Shown: one piece after another, positions 1 to 11,657 of the stretch | How positions within the stretch are numbered: position 1 is the stretch's first letter | Layout: each line of letters starts with the position of its first letter | Source of the DNA: Vicugna vicugna | Taxonomy: Eukaryota | Assembly: GCA_013265495.1 (NCBI GenBank) | Contig: MU058687.1 | Span: 3,908,001 to 3,959,744, forward strand | Direction: 5' to 3' | DNA length: 51,744 bases | Translations under genes and position numbers: made by a program | The notes under the pieces: model-generated | The model's input: the letters and a program-made list of their open reading frames with translations, nothing else | Databases searched by the model: none | Told to the model about the DNA's origin: nothing

Positions 1-1699
1 TTTTCTTCCCCCCTTGAACAACATGCACTTGCCCCTAGAACTCTATCCTGAAGTTGGTTCTGTACTGTCCTCCCTCTCTATCCACTCCACCTGCCTCCCA
101 ACAGTTGGTTTGAACATGATTTTTAAAAACTCACTTTTTTAAGCTGTCCCACTGAAGGGCCAATGTACACCATTTCCATTCTAGGGGCCCCTTATTATTT
201 TGATTTAAGTCTGTCGAAGTGGTTCCATAGGAATTTAAGAATAATCTAGTGATGTTCTTCACCTCAGTGGTAGAAGTGGAGTTGGTCTGGTGCCTCAGAC
301 CTACAAGCCGCTTTTCTGAAGCCTTGAAGAAGTGTTCCTGTGGCCTACCTCACCCTCCTGGGTGAAGAATGGTCTAAGTATGGAAGAACCATGAGCTTCT
401 GCTGGAATTCTCTGTCCTGTTCTTTTTTTTTTTTTTTTGAGTAACAACAAACACACATACACATACAATGATTATTATGACTCATGTCCGTCACACTAAA
501 TTAATTTTTTCTTTTCTTTCTTCTTTTCTGCCATGATAGTGGACACACAGTACGTACTCAGTGTGCTCCATATCAATTATATTAAAGGCATGGATGCACA
601 TCAGATGCAACACAGAGGAGAGGGGCCTCGTTTCTGTCTTATGGAAATGAGAGACAGATCAATGGCAGGGGAGGGTCACAGGATTCTCTTCCTTCTTAAC
701 AATCATTGTGGCCACTAGAGAGATTCTTGTAGATACACCAGGTGCTCAGCAAATTTTTTGCTCAGAACTGAAGGATATTTGCCTCCCCCAGCCAGCCTTT
801 ACACATTAGTGTGTATGGATCATTATGCAAAACAGAGATGTTCAGTATTGCCCCTTTCTAGAATATTCCTTGACCTTTATCCATGGAGATTGACTATTAC
901 ATTTCCACTCTTTTTATGATGCCTATTTATATGTTTATTTATTTTATTATTATTATTTTTATTTGAAAAGGAGAATCTTTGATGAAGTACAACTTGTGAC
1001 CAGGAGGCAGGCAAAGATGATAGGATGATTGAAAGGGGAAATTAAGGGACGTCTTAGACTCGTTGAACCTTAGGATTCAGAGGTTGTTGATCTGTATCTA
1101 CTGAAGAGATTCTCTGAAGACTTAAAATAGACAGTCTGATTTAATCTTTCTCTCTCAAAGGCCAAACGTTAATTATGTTTTTGTCCTTAATACTTGAAAA
1201 ATTAAAATTATGTGAGAAAAAAGCAAAACTTATAAAAGCAATTTATATATGTTGTAAAAATATTCAAACATTTACAGAAGAAACAGAAAAGTAAAATGAT
1301 CTCCCCTACAGCCCAATCTCTAGTGGTAAAATTTTAAAATGTTCTGTTCTACCACCAGGATTCTAATATACTTTCTTGATGTGTGAAATGTAGACTGTAG
1401 CTTTTGGCTCCTTGCCAGAGGGATTTAGAGCTACATCTCTAAATGGTACCTTCCATTCATCACTCCTTCTCCAGAATTCTGTCAGTCATACTATTAGTTT
1501 CCCATTATCAAGATATAGTAACATTCATATCTATTCTCTAAATATAATTAGGTTTCCCTTGCCTTGCTGTTGATTCTAAAAAGTTTGTTTGGATTGAGTG
1601 CCTATTTTGTGTCAGACATAGGCCTATGTGCATATATGTACAAGTGTTCACAGTATTGTGTGGAAGACAGTTGAATAAGTTTGAGGTTGGAAGAGATAC

Positions 1700-2109
1700 A
1701 AAATGCATATCTCAATTCTGTTTCTAAGAATTTATTTAAATGAAAAATCAAATGAAAAGATTGACAGTCAAGGATGTCATCATAGTATTATTTAGGGAAG
1801 AAAGTACCCTGGAAATTTAAATGCCTAAAGATTGGTCAACATTAAATAAATTATGGAACCCACATGTAATGGAATCACAGTCATTAAAAATCAAATGTTT
1901 GAGAAATATTAAACGACATGATGAAATGATCATGTTCTAATTTAATGGAAAAAAGAAAAACATGATATAAAACCAAATCTATAGCTTATCTCAAGAAAAT
2001 GATAGATATGGGAAGGATGGATCACCAAGTGATAGTGATTTAAAGTTTCTCTTTTTTTAAACCTACTTTCTGGTATTGTCTGAATTTTCTACAATGAGCA
2101 ACAATTGTC
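1700..2109 (+). mobile_element. Ancient L1 (L1ME-like) 3' fragment; its terminus resumes at ~2722-2748 after a younger L1 insertion
   Basis: Degenerate ORF2-end/3'UTR-like sequence (aaatgcctaaagattgg...aaataaattatggaacccacatgtaatggaat) ending in ttttctacaatgagca...tttatactataaaaaa, which resembles old L1M termini. Confidence 0.55.
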
Positions 2110-2721
2110 TTTTTTTTATTTAATTTTATTGAGTTATAGTCAGTTTAAAAGGTTGTGTCAATTTCTGGTGTGCAGCACAATTTTTCAGTCATACATGAAT
2201 ATACACATATTCTTTTTCATCATGAGCTACTATAAGATCTTGTATATATTTCCCTGTGCTATACAGTATAAACTTGTTTATCTATTCTATATATACCTGT
2301 CAGGATCTACAAATCTCGAACTCCCAGTCTGTCCCTTCCTACCCCCACCTCTACCCCTGGCAACCACAAGTTTGTATTCTATGTCTATGAGTCTGTTTCT
2401 GTTTTGTATTTATGTTTTGTTTTGTTTTAGATTCCACATATGAGCGATCTCATATGGTATTTTTCTTTCTTTTTCTGGCTTACTTCACTTAGAATGACAT
2501 TCTCCAGGGACATCCATGTTGCTGCAAATGGCGTTATGTTGTTATTTTTTATGGCTGAATAGTATTCCATTGTATAAATTTAACACATCTTTATCCAGTG
2601 ATCTGTTGATGGACATTTAGGCTGTTTCCATGTCTTGGTATTGTAAATAGTGCTGCTGTGAACACTGGGGTGCAGGTGTCTTTTTGAAGTAGGGTTCTTT
2701 CTGGATATATGCCCAGGAGTT
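2110..2721 (-). mobile_element. 5'-truncated LINE-1 (3'UTR plus ORF2 C-terminus), lineage-specific subfamily
   Basis: Poly-T start and L1 3'UTR hallmarks (ttagattccacatatgag, tggcttacttcacttagaatga, catccatgttgctgcaaatggc). Minus-strand translation LLGIYPERTLLQKDTCTPVFTAALFTI matches the L1 ORF2p C-terminus. TSD caacaattgtcttt (2099-2112) / caactgttgtcttt (2722-2735), 12/14. Confidence 0.93.
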
Positions 2722-2779
2722 CAACTGTTGTCTTTATACTATAAAAAATCCACCCTATTATCTTCACAGAAATAAAAAG

Positions 2780-3195
2780 CAACTGTAGAGTCACTGCCCT
2801 CAAGGATCTGATTCTTAATCTGGTGGAGGAGACATTTAAACAAGTCATAGTGTCAGATGGAACAAAATCAGTGCCCCAGATTCTGTACAGTTTTGATGGG
2901 GTCTGGACATTAGAAAAGACTCTACAGGCAGCATGCGAGCTGTGCCGTGAAGGCCCAGGAGGATTTCTGCAGGCAGCAGAAAGCATTTCTGGGCATGAAG
3001 GTGTGGGAGGGAATGGAAAGAGGTGAGCTGCCTGAAGTTTATGAAATAGAGCGTGGATTGAAAGATATAGAAAGGAACCAGGCTGACGAAGTGGTTTAAT
3101 GGCTTGTGGAGGATCTGGACACTTTGCTGAGGAATTAGAATTTAATTTGAAGGGAATAGGGAAGAAGTTTTTAAAGGGGAAGTGGACTTGCCCCA
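2780..3195 (-). mobile_element. LINE-2 fragment
   Basis: Antisense L2-like motifs (gtcactgccctcaagga...tggaggagaca; gaggaattagaatttaatttgaagggaataggga...tttttaaagggg). Confidence 0.55.
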
Positions 3196-3199
3196 TAAC

Positions 3200-3368
3200 A
3201 TAAAGATGCAGTCTTTGGAATCAGACCGACATGGAGTCAAAATTTCAGCTCTGCCAATGTCAAGGGGCAAGTCACTTAACCTTTCTCATCGTCTATTTTC
3301 TTACCTATTACTCAGGGGTAGTGATATCAGCTTTATATTGTGGATGTGAGGATTAAACAAGTTAATAT
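3200..3368 (+). mobile_element. MIR SINE
   Basis: tctttggaatcagaccgac...cagctctgcca...gggcaagtcacttaacctttct...gtgaggattaaacaagttaata matches the MIR core. Confidence 0.8.
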
Positions 3369-4164
3369 AGGGTTTCTTAAACATGAATGATGAGTAGATC
3401 TTTTTTAAAGGTAAAAAATCTTGGCACTGCCCTACCTCTAATTCATGTTAAATTATTTTTATGATAATGTTAGTTAAATGTTTATAAAAATTAAATGTTA
3501 TACATTTCTTAAGTATCATAGTCTGCTACTGGTATAAAACCAAAACAAGTTTATACGTTACAAATAACAATACAAAGCAGCAAATTTAAACTAAGCAGTA
3601 TTACTTTAATGTGACCAGTTTGTAGTCTCTATGAAAACAAATCTTCGTGAATAATGTGAATATGCTACTATCTGCTACAGCCCAGATGATTTAAAGTTTG
3701 GCCTTTCCCATACTCTCCGTGCTGTGTGTTCAATTCTCCCTCAGCTTTTTCCCATTCCAATTCCCAGGAAATACTGTTTGTAGAGTGCACAGTGGTATTT
3801 GGCCTTTGCTTAGCATGAACATATCTTCTATGTATTGAGTCCACTTCTGTTGTTTCCTCACTGGACCGTGATTCTTCATATCCTACTATTGGCACCAGTG
3901 TAGTTGTAGACACATATGCAAGTAAGAGCATGGGGAATTGCGTAGTAGTACTCAGTTAGGAGGTGGTTGTCTAGATGATTTTAAAATATCATCATCAGTA
4001 TGAATATTTAGACCATATGCACACACATATACACACACAAACTGTTCCCACCCCTCCTGTGGTTCTACACCTCCTCTTTGTAAGAATATATATGTGTATA
4101 CCTCATAGAAGTCCTATTATTATTGTTAATTGTTTTATTATGGTCACAATTTTTATCAGGCAGG

Positions 4165-4728
4165 CATATCAGCTGGCTATTGCTGTGTAACAAACCACCC
4201 TAAAACTCAGTGGTTTAAAGCTACCAGCCATTTATTGACTCTGTGAGTCTTGAGTTGACTGGACAGATTTGCTCATCTGGTCTGCGGGCCACAATGTCTC
4301 ACTCATGCATCTATCATCAGCTGCAGGTAGGCTACTTGGCTTTGCTGATCTTGGCTGGCCTCTCTCATATCTTTGTAGCCTTAACTGAGAGGGCTCTGCT
4401 TTGCTCCAAGTGCTCTCTCATCCTCTAGTAAGTTAGCCCAGGCTTGGATTTAGTGTAGCCTGGACACATTGTTATGGTGACCAGATAAGCATGTAAAAGA
4501 GTGGACACGTGGAAGGTCTCTTGAGGCCTGGGCTTGGAGCTGGCACATCATCACCTTTGCCACATTCTGTTTACTGAAGCAAGCCACAAGGCTCACCAGA
4601 TTCAGGGCTCGGGAAATAGACTCTACAGCCTATTTCTAGGTGAGAAGATCTACAAACTCACAATTCATAGGATGTGGTTACAGTTAGATGTGAAGAACTG
4701 AAGCCGTTTTTGCAATCAATGTACCCCA
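4165..4728 (-). mobile_element. ERVL-MaLR solo LTR (MLT1 family, G/H/I-like)
   Basis: Begins tatcagctggctattgctgtgtaacaaaccaccctaaaactcagtggtttaaa and ends gccgtttttgcaatcaatgtacccca, both antisense MLT1 termini. Confidence 0.85.
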
Positions 4729-4739
4729 GTAGCTGTGAA

Positions 4740-5035
4740 GTTGGGGTATGGAGGTCTGTTAGGAAGTTATATTAGCCATCTTGTTGGAGAGGGAGACTGC
4801 TTAGGAAGGAATGGATGCATGAGGTGCTCTGCCAGTTCTTTGGTGCAGGAATGAGGAAGAGGGTAGTCAAAGATGACCCCAAGGAACCCAAGCCTGGGTG
4901 ACTGAGAAGGTAGTGAAGTTGCTAACTGAGAAAAGACATTCAGCAGGAAAAGTAGAGTTCAGTCTGGGGGTGATGGGAAATGGGAGAGGTCAAATGTGGA
5001 GGGACATAATCAGTTTGGAGTTTAACATGCTGGAG
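4740..5035 (-). mobile_element. LINE-2 fragment (probable continuation of the 2780-3195 element)
   Basis: gtcaaagatgaccccaagg...agcctgggtgactgagaag...ttggagtttaacatgctggag is typical antisense L2 interior. Confidence 0.55.
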
Positions 5036-5049
5036 CTCTTCCCATAAGG

Positions 5050-5226
5050 AGAACCCTTCTCCACGTGGTTGCACATTGAAATCACCTAAGCAGCTTTTTA
5101 AAAATAGTGATACTTGAGTCTGAGTACCTGAGACCAATTAAGATTAAGTTTCTGGGATTGAGGCTTGGTGTTATTTTTTTTAATATTCACAGGAAATTCT
5201 AATGTACAGCCAAAGTTGGAAGCATT
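5050..5226. mobile_element. MER5-type hAT-Charlie non-autonomous DNA transposon
   Basis: ggttgcacattgaaatcacctaagcagctttttaaaaata...aattctaatgtacagccaaagttggaagcatta. Confidence 0.7.
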
Positions 5227-5234
5227 ATCTAGAT

Positions 5235-5413
5235 CAGTGTTCTCTCACTGTCCATACAATAGAATCACCTGAAGACCCTCTTAACAAATAGTGATGCCTG
5301 AGCCCCACTACCAAAAAGTCTATTTAATTGGTCTAGGGTAGAGCCTAGGCAACTGTATTTTTAAAAAGTCTTCCTGGGAGAATTTAATGTGCAGCTAGAG
5401 TTGAGAACCACTG
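5235..5413. mobile_element. MER5-type hAT-Charlie DNA transposon with 8-bp TSD
   Basis: Termini cagtgttctc...gagaaccactg; TSD atctagat (5227-5234) / acctagat (5414-5421), the typical hAT-Charlie NTCTAGAN target. Confidence 0.85.
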
Positions 5414-5791
5414 ACCTAGATAGTTAATTTTCACTGTGACTAATCAATGTTTTCAGGTTGCAAGCCATGGCAAAGGGGCACTATGACAGACTCTCCTTAA
5501 GCTCCGGACAAGTTCGGAATTAGCATGAAATTGCCGAGTGCCAGTCAGGGCATGGGGACAGGAGCAGTCGGAAGACAAGAACAGAAACTTTGAGGACCCA
5601 ACCTGGGTCAACACCTGGCACTTGAAGCACAAGTGCGTCTCAGGGTTAATCCTGCTTCAAGGAAAGATGTTGGGGAAATCTCCCTGAAAAGATCCAGAAT
5701 ATAAAATGTCATGATGTCATCTGACTCTCCTGTCCTTCAGTTCAAATTCAGTTTGCTCTGTAGTAGCGCTCAGACAATGCTACTACCATCA

Positions 5792-5831
5792 TTTTTCTTT
5801 TCTTTTCTTTTCTTTTCTTTTCTTTTCTTTT
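5792..5831. repeat. (TTTTC)n pentanucleotide microsatellite
   Basis: Directly visible. Confidence 0.95.
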
Positions 5832-6229
5832 GAGGAGAGGAATTCACAATGTCTTAGATCTCAGTATGTGAGTGTTTTCTTTGCATACTTAATCTGCCTC
5901 TTCCTTGAGTTCATCCCATCAGTCTGAACTTTGACCTTGTCACATCTTAGGTAATTCCCAGACCTTCTTGTTGGTAATGTCTTATAAATATTTGTAGACC
6001 AATTATCTGTCTATAGGCAGTCACTGAGTCAACAACAGATAATTTAGAATTTTTTTTTCTCAAGTTCGTATATCATTCTTGGCAGAGCTTTAATCATTTG
6101 GGTTTTTGGCTGCTTCTCTGACTTTAGTCTATTTTTGACCTCCATAAGCCTCATGTATTTGGGGGAAATACTTAATTGCATAATAACAAAGTGGACTCTT
6201 GTTAAGTTTGCTACTGACAATGGCCGGGT

Positions 6230-6381
6230 TCAGGGTTCCTCAAAGAGGGCATCAGAATCTCCCTGCGGTGAGGGAAGGCTTGTGAAAAGGCCACCAGATC
6301 TCTGAATATGGGACTTAGGCATCTGTACTTCTCACATGTTTTGGGGTGATTCTTATATACGCAGTTACAGGAACATCACTG
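6230..6381. mobile_element. MER5B-like hAT DNA transposon
   Basis: cagggttcctcaaa...gcatcagaatctccc...ggcatctgtacttctcaca...ggtgattcttatatac...catcactg. Confidence 0.6.
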
Positions 6382-6476
6382 TGGTTATTACCTCATGTAT
6401 TATGCTTAGAGGAGAAGAGAGACAAGTGTTTTTGGTTTTGGTTGTTTTGGTTGTTTTTTTTTTTTTTTTGGTTAGA

Positions 6477-6831
6477 NNNNNNNNNNNNNNNNNNNNNNNN
6501 NNNNNNNNNNNNNNNNNNNNNNNNNNNNNNNNNNNNNNNNNNNNNNNNNNNNNNNNNNNNNNNNNNNNNNNNNNNNNNNNNNNNNNNNNNNNNNNNNNNN
6601 NNNNNNNNNNNNNNNNNNNNNNNNNNNNNNNNNNNNNNNNNNNNNNNNNNNNNNNNNNNNNNNNNNNNNNNNNNNNNNNNNNNNNNNNNNNNNNNNNNNN
6701 NNNNNNNNNNNNNNNNNNNNNNNNNNNNNNNNNNNNNNNNNNNNNNNNNNNNNNNNNNNNNNNNNNNNNNNNNNNNNNNNNNNNNNNNNNNNNNNNNNNN
6801 NNNNNNNNNNNNNNNNNNNNNNNNNNNNNNN
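6477..6831. other. Assembly gap (355 N)
   Basis: Run of N. Confidence 1.
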
Positions 6832-7195
6832 AGAACTGGAACTCAGGATTTAATCCTAGAGCAGGGATTTTTCTGTCAATCCTAATCTATACTAGGTCTT
6901 TGTAACCTAGACTGGCTGTTCCTTCTGTAATGATGAGGCCTCCCCCTGGGTGAGTGTCTCTTTGTGATATGAGGTAAGGTGGCTCTTTGGAGAAATTCCT
7001 GGCCTTGGCGTAGGGAGCAGAGTGGAGTGGGTGTCCTGAAGGTCCTTGGAACACACGTTGACATCACAAAGGTCAATAAGCTTCCTGAAGGAGCTCATGC
7101 TGCAAGTTACAAACAAAATACAACTGGTCTGTGCTACCTGACTGTCTTCATTCTTCCCTTTCTTCCCTTTCTTTTCTTCTTTCTCCTCCTCTCAT

Positions 7196-7197
<2 letters not shown>

Positions 7198-7228
<31 letters not shown>
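7198..7228. repeat. (CA)15 microsatellite preceded by a pyrimidine tract
   Basis: Directly visible. Confidence 0.97.
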
Positions 7229-7232
<4 letters not shown>

Positions 7233-7496
7233 ATGCAGTTATGGCTCTGCGATCTAAGGAAGCATCAGGTCATGTAGCCCTGACTGTCAGCATGATTGGG
7301 TTTAATGGAGTCAATAAGATAAATTAAGGTCATGGGATCACCATCTCCACTTCAACTTAGCAGACCTGTTTTCTTTTCTTTTTTTTTTTCCTTCTTCTTT
7401 TTTGGTTTAACCCATTGTGGCTGAAAGCAGGGAGGCCCTGCTCAGAGCCTGCTTTTCCTACTTTCTTCCCACCCCTCCCACACCCCCCCACCCCCA

Positions 7497-7522
7497 ACGC
7501 ACGCACACACACACACACACAC
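7497..7522. repeat. (ACGC)2(AC)n microsatellite
   Basis: Directly visible. Confidence 0.9.
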
Positions 7523-9255
7523 TCTTAAAATTTTCTTATGGCGCAGACCCTTTTCCTTTAGGTCAGAGCTGGTATTGGTTCTCCTAAGGCTGTAATAATA
7601 ACTAACCCGGGTACCATGTTTATTGCTTATAAGCCTTTTCATCCTCATTATTTCTCTTGATCATTACAATAGTGATGTAGATAACTATACTATCCAGGCA
7701 TGATTATAATAGAAGTAATCCAGGAATACCTCCGTAATTCGCTAGGCCAGCCGCCCCTCCCCATGAATACTAAGGCAAATACATGCACAGAGGGGATGCA
7801 ACAGTGCAGAGGAACCTCTCCACTCGGGCCCCTCAAGCATGGAGCAGGATTCTGGTGAGCTAGACTGCACCATATGGAGAACCTGGGCAGACCAGAGAAG
7901 ACTAAGAGAAAAGCCAAAGCTACCTTTCCGATGTGATGACTGCAGTGAGGGGAAGACCTGATCTCTGCATGCCTGCTGAGAAGTCCCAGAGAAAAGGGAG
8001 TGAATGCAAGAGATGGAGCTTAGTCCTTTCAAAGCTAGAATTCTGTAAGTTTGTAGAAAAAGACACATATTAGAAGAGAAAGCCCCAAAGGGCCTTGGAG
8101 AGTAAGGCCTTACCTCATTTCTTAAGGTCGGGGAGCGTGGACAAGACGCCTTGGTGCTAGAAACCCCAGCATCAAGACCCAGTGGACTAGTTTTTCCTCC
8201 ACCTTGGGCAGTGCCTGTGGGATTTGGAGGTCTATAGGTCCTGGAGGGAGGACATGGTAGCCTTGGAGTCTAGAGCCCAAGCAGTATGTCTAGTGGTACT
8301 TTGTGCCAGGAGGAAGTTGAGGATCAGGGAGGTTGCATTTACTCGACCAAGATCATTTTTTTAGTGAATGGAGGAGCCGGGATTGGAATTCTTGAATTTG
8401 GGCTACAAGCCTTAATGATTTTTCCACTGCATTCCCCAGCCTCTACCAAGCACCATCTCATTCTTATGTGGAGAATCAATTCTGCTCTCCTGGGCTTCCT
8501 CTGAGAAGAGCATTATCATTAGAACATGAAAAAGAACCCCTCAAATATATTCCACTTAGTGTTTGCCCAGGGAAGACGTCAGTGTCCCTGGGGTTGTCTG
8601 GCCTCTGGTTTAGGAAGCCTCTGGTTATGAATGGAGGTAGTTCTGCTAGATGGGGCTTAGATCACATTTCATCTTATTGTTCCTCCTTGAACGCCCAGAA
8701 GATCCAAATGCCCATGCTGTCCCCTAAAAGAGGGGTTGGGGTTTATTTTGGGAAAGGGACCTATTTTAAGCTAAAGGACAGGGGCTCCCTGTTCTGCTGC
8801 TGTGCTGGCTTATTTCCATTCTGCGCTCAGCAAAAATCTAATATTCTCTAAACAATAGGTGACTCAGCCTTTGCTAAATCTTAGGTGAAATGGATTTAGC
8901 AAGCAAAAAGAGAAAATGTCGTTTCCCCCCCTAGTTTTTTCTAGTCCTGTTTGATGATAATTCTTAGTGCTCAGTGTTTCTTTCATCCAAAGATCTGTAA
9001 TTAATTAAGCCTCACAGCTCCCCTGACAGGTAGAGAAGTACAAGGATGTTCATTTAAAGCCAATCCTGTTTGATACAGTAGGGCTGTTACTAAGGCTCTT
9101 TAAAAGGAAAACCTCTCTATTGTGAAACTTCTTTTCTAATAGAGTAAATTAAGGGAGAAAGGGATGGAGTGATTTTGCCTGGGATGCCTGTTCAGTTATG
9201 GCCACAGAGAGAGCCCTGAGTTTGGAGCGCTGATGCCATCTTGGGTTAGACTAGA

Positions 9256-9787
9256 TGTATAAGCTATTGTTGCACAGCGAATTACCACAAAACACAGTGA
9301 CTTTAGACCACAATAAACATTCATTATATCATACAGTTTATGTGGATCAGGAATTCAGGAGTGGCTGAGCTGGATGGCTTGGACTCAGGGTTTTATAGGT
9401 AGCAGTGAAGACCTCGGCCAGGCCTGCAGTCATCTGAAGGCTTGAGTGGACCTGGAGGACCCACTTCCAAGATGGCTCAGTTAGATGGGTAATGAGTTGG
9501 TGCTGGCTACTGGCAGAAAACCTCAGTTTCTCATCATGTGGACTTTTCTAGAGGGCTGCTTGAGTGGCCTAATGACATGGCAGTTGCATGTCCATAGCAT
9601 GTGATCCAAGGAAGCAAAGGTAGACGTGGTGGTGTTGCTTATTACCTGGCCTTGGGTGTCACACTCCGTCATCTCCTCCATGTCCTATTGACTGCACACG
9701 TCGGCTCTTCATTGTGGGAGGGGACCACACAAGGGCATGAATACCAGGAAGCTGGAATCACTGGGGGCCTGCTTGGAGGGTGGCTAA
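9256..9787 (-). mobile_element. ERVL-MaLR solo LTR (MLT1F-like)
   Basis: gctattgttgcacagcgaattaccacaaaacacagtg...tgtggatcaggaattcaggagtggctgagctgg...ggacccacttccaagatggctca...acacaagggcatgaataccagga...atcactgggggcc. Confidence 0.85.
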
Positions 9788-10249
9788 TGTTAGGAATATT
9801 AGGTATGAGTTCACCTGTGATATTATTGGAATATCCTCTGAAAAATCAGCTTAGAGGACTACACATCACACATCTGATGAGAAGAGAAAGTGAGAGATGG
9901 GGAGTGATACGGTTAACTTTCTCATTATCTCTAGATTTACAGTAAATCACTGCCATTATTCATATTCATGATTAAGTGATTAAGCCTATATTGGGGTATT
10001 CATGACTACGGTGAATCTTTTATCTTTAGGAATTAGATATTTGTCCCTCACCTTATACTGGATCATTGGTTCCCCATTGTTGGGCTTTGGATCTGTGTTG
10101 TGTTAACTGCTAAGAAGCAACTGAAGTGTTGTTAAAATACACATAAACAGGTTTCTACTTCTAGGGATTCTAAATTAGTACATTTGGGACCCACTGTGTG
10201 CTGGCTCTCTTATCAAGTTAATGATAGCCTCAGACTATGTTGCATGAGA

Positions 10250-10250
<1 letters not shown>

Positions 10251-10285
<35 letters not shown>
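10251..10285. repeat. (TTA)n microsatellite, probably the tail of the adjacent L1 insertion
   Basis: Directly visible; overlaps the left TSD candidate of the 10313-10472 L1. Confidence 0.95.
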
Positions 10286-10312
10286 TCAGAGTTTTGGCAA
10301 CATGATGTTGTC

Positions 10313-10472
10313 TTTTTTTTTTACTTTTTTTATTGAGTTATAGTCATTTTACAATATTGTGTCAAAGCAGAATTTTTCAGTTATCCATGAACATATATAT
10401 ATTCATTGTCACATTATTTTTCGCTGTGAGCTACCACAAGATCTTGTATATATTTCCCTGTGCTATACAGTA
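10313..10472 (-). mobile_element. Short 5'-truncated LINE-1 3' end (~160 bp)
   Basis: Poly-T followed by ttttattgagttatagtcattttacaatattgtgtcaaa...atcttgtatatatttccctgtgctatacagta, homologous to the L1s at 2110, 36229 and 51529. Confidence 0.9.
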
Positions 10473-10777
10473 GAGAATCATTATTAACGGTAGTCATATT
10501 TGTTTGCTTAATACCTACCCGTGAGCTTTCTCTTGGCCTCAGAAAACCAACTCAAAATTGGGCACCCAGTTACTAAGGGCTGGCATTGATAGTTACCAAT
10601 GTTGTTTCTGTTTCATACCGTTAAAAGGTGGCACTAATATTAGAAAGCTCCCATATCATAAGGGCAGCTAGAGAGAGACAGTGTGGGGTTCCTGCCCAAC
10701 AGCAGCAGTTTGAAAGGTCATCACCATCAGTATATGCAAGGACAGAAATACTTCCACATTCTGCGTAAATTTTAGTC

Positions 10778-10917
10778 CAGTGGTCCTCAAATACATATCC
10801 AGAAGAATCACTTGGGGAGTGCACAAAGTTGCAGATCTCCAGGTCTACCCCTGGAATTCTGATTTGGTGGGTGGTTTTGATATAAATGGTCTGAGGACCA
10901 CACTCTGAAATACACTG
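10778..10917. mobile_element. MER5A-like hAT DNA transposon (internally deleted)
   Basis: cagtggtcctcaaa...agaatcacttgggga...ggtctgaggaccacactctgaaatacactg. Confidence 0.75.
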
Positions 10918-11657
10918 CCCTAGGTGTGACCTGACTTAGCTGCAGTCTGTTGACTTCATGTCTCTTTAATCCCCAGCAGCATATAGTATGTGTGGAAGGG
11001 CATTTTTTTGAACGTTACTTTTCTAGAAGTTCACCTTCCTCCCAGGTGAATAGCTGTTAGAGGAAGGATCTAGAGTCTGTTTAGTTCTGCAACTCCTGTG
11101 GAGGCTGGCATAGTACACTACTTGCAGCATTCTTGCAATAGGTGTGTTAACACATTGGAGCAAGTTCATTTGAGGTGGCCAGGAATTCTGGGTGGGAATT
11201 AATCCATTGTACCCAGACATGTAGCATGTTGTGGTGGCTGCTTTATGACTCCTGCAGTTGAGTTACTCTGGAGCATGGCCAAGCTCTCCTCTCACTTCCT
11301 TCTCTCTTCCAGGTGTCTCAAGGTTGATAGCGATAGTGAAACTATCATGCATTAATGACTGTCTCCAGGTTTGTGACTTGAGAGAGTAAAATTGGAACAA
11401 GAGCTAGAGAGTTGAATAGAGCACAGCCAAAGCCTACAAATTACTTCTGATGAAGGACAGGGCAGACAAAGAATATTTTAGCCATATCGAATATCACTAC
11501 TTCAGTCTGCCAAGAACAAGAATGCCAGGGTAGCAGACACAGAGCCAACAACATGGTCAAAAAGAGGACCCTCAATGGCAAATAGCAAAGCAGCAAATTG
11601 CTTGTGCATCGCTTAGGGAAGACAAAGGAGGGAAGGAAACAAGCTATGGCACTTGGC

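Noticed and set aside
2591..3196. Longest ORF (201 aa, minus strand)
   Set aside because: It is a chance read-through of an L2 fragment into the frameshifted L1 ORF2 C-terminus; not a gene.
5760..5786. Hairpin gtagtagc-N11-gctactac, and similarly ttgccaag-aga-cttggcaa at 24341-24359 and its copy
   Set aside because: 8-bp stems are expected by chance in 52 kb and are too short for a pre-miRNA; the second has the wrong half-site order for an NFI site.
6336..6905. 189-aa and 179-aa ORFs
   Set aside because: They are artefacts of translating through the N gap.
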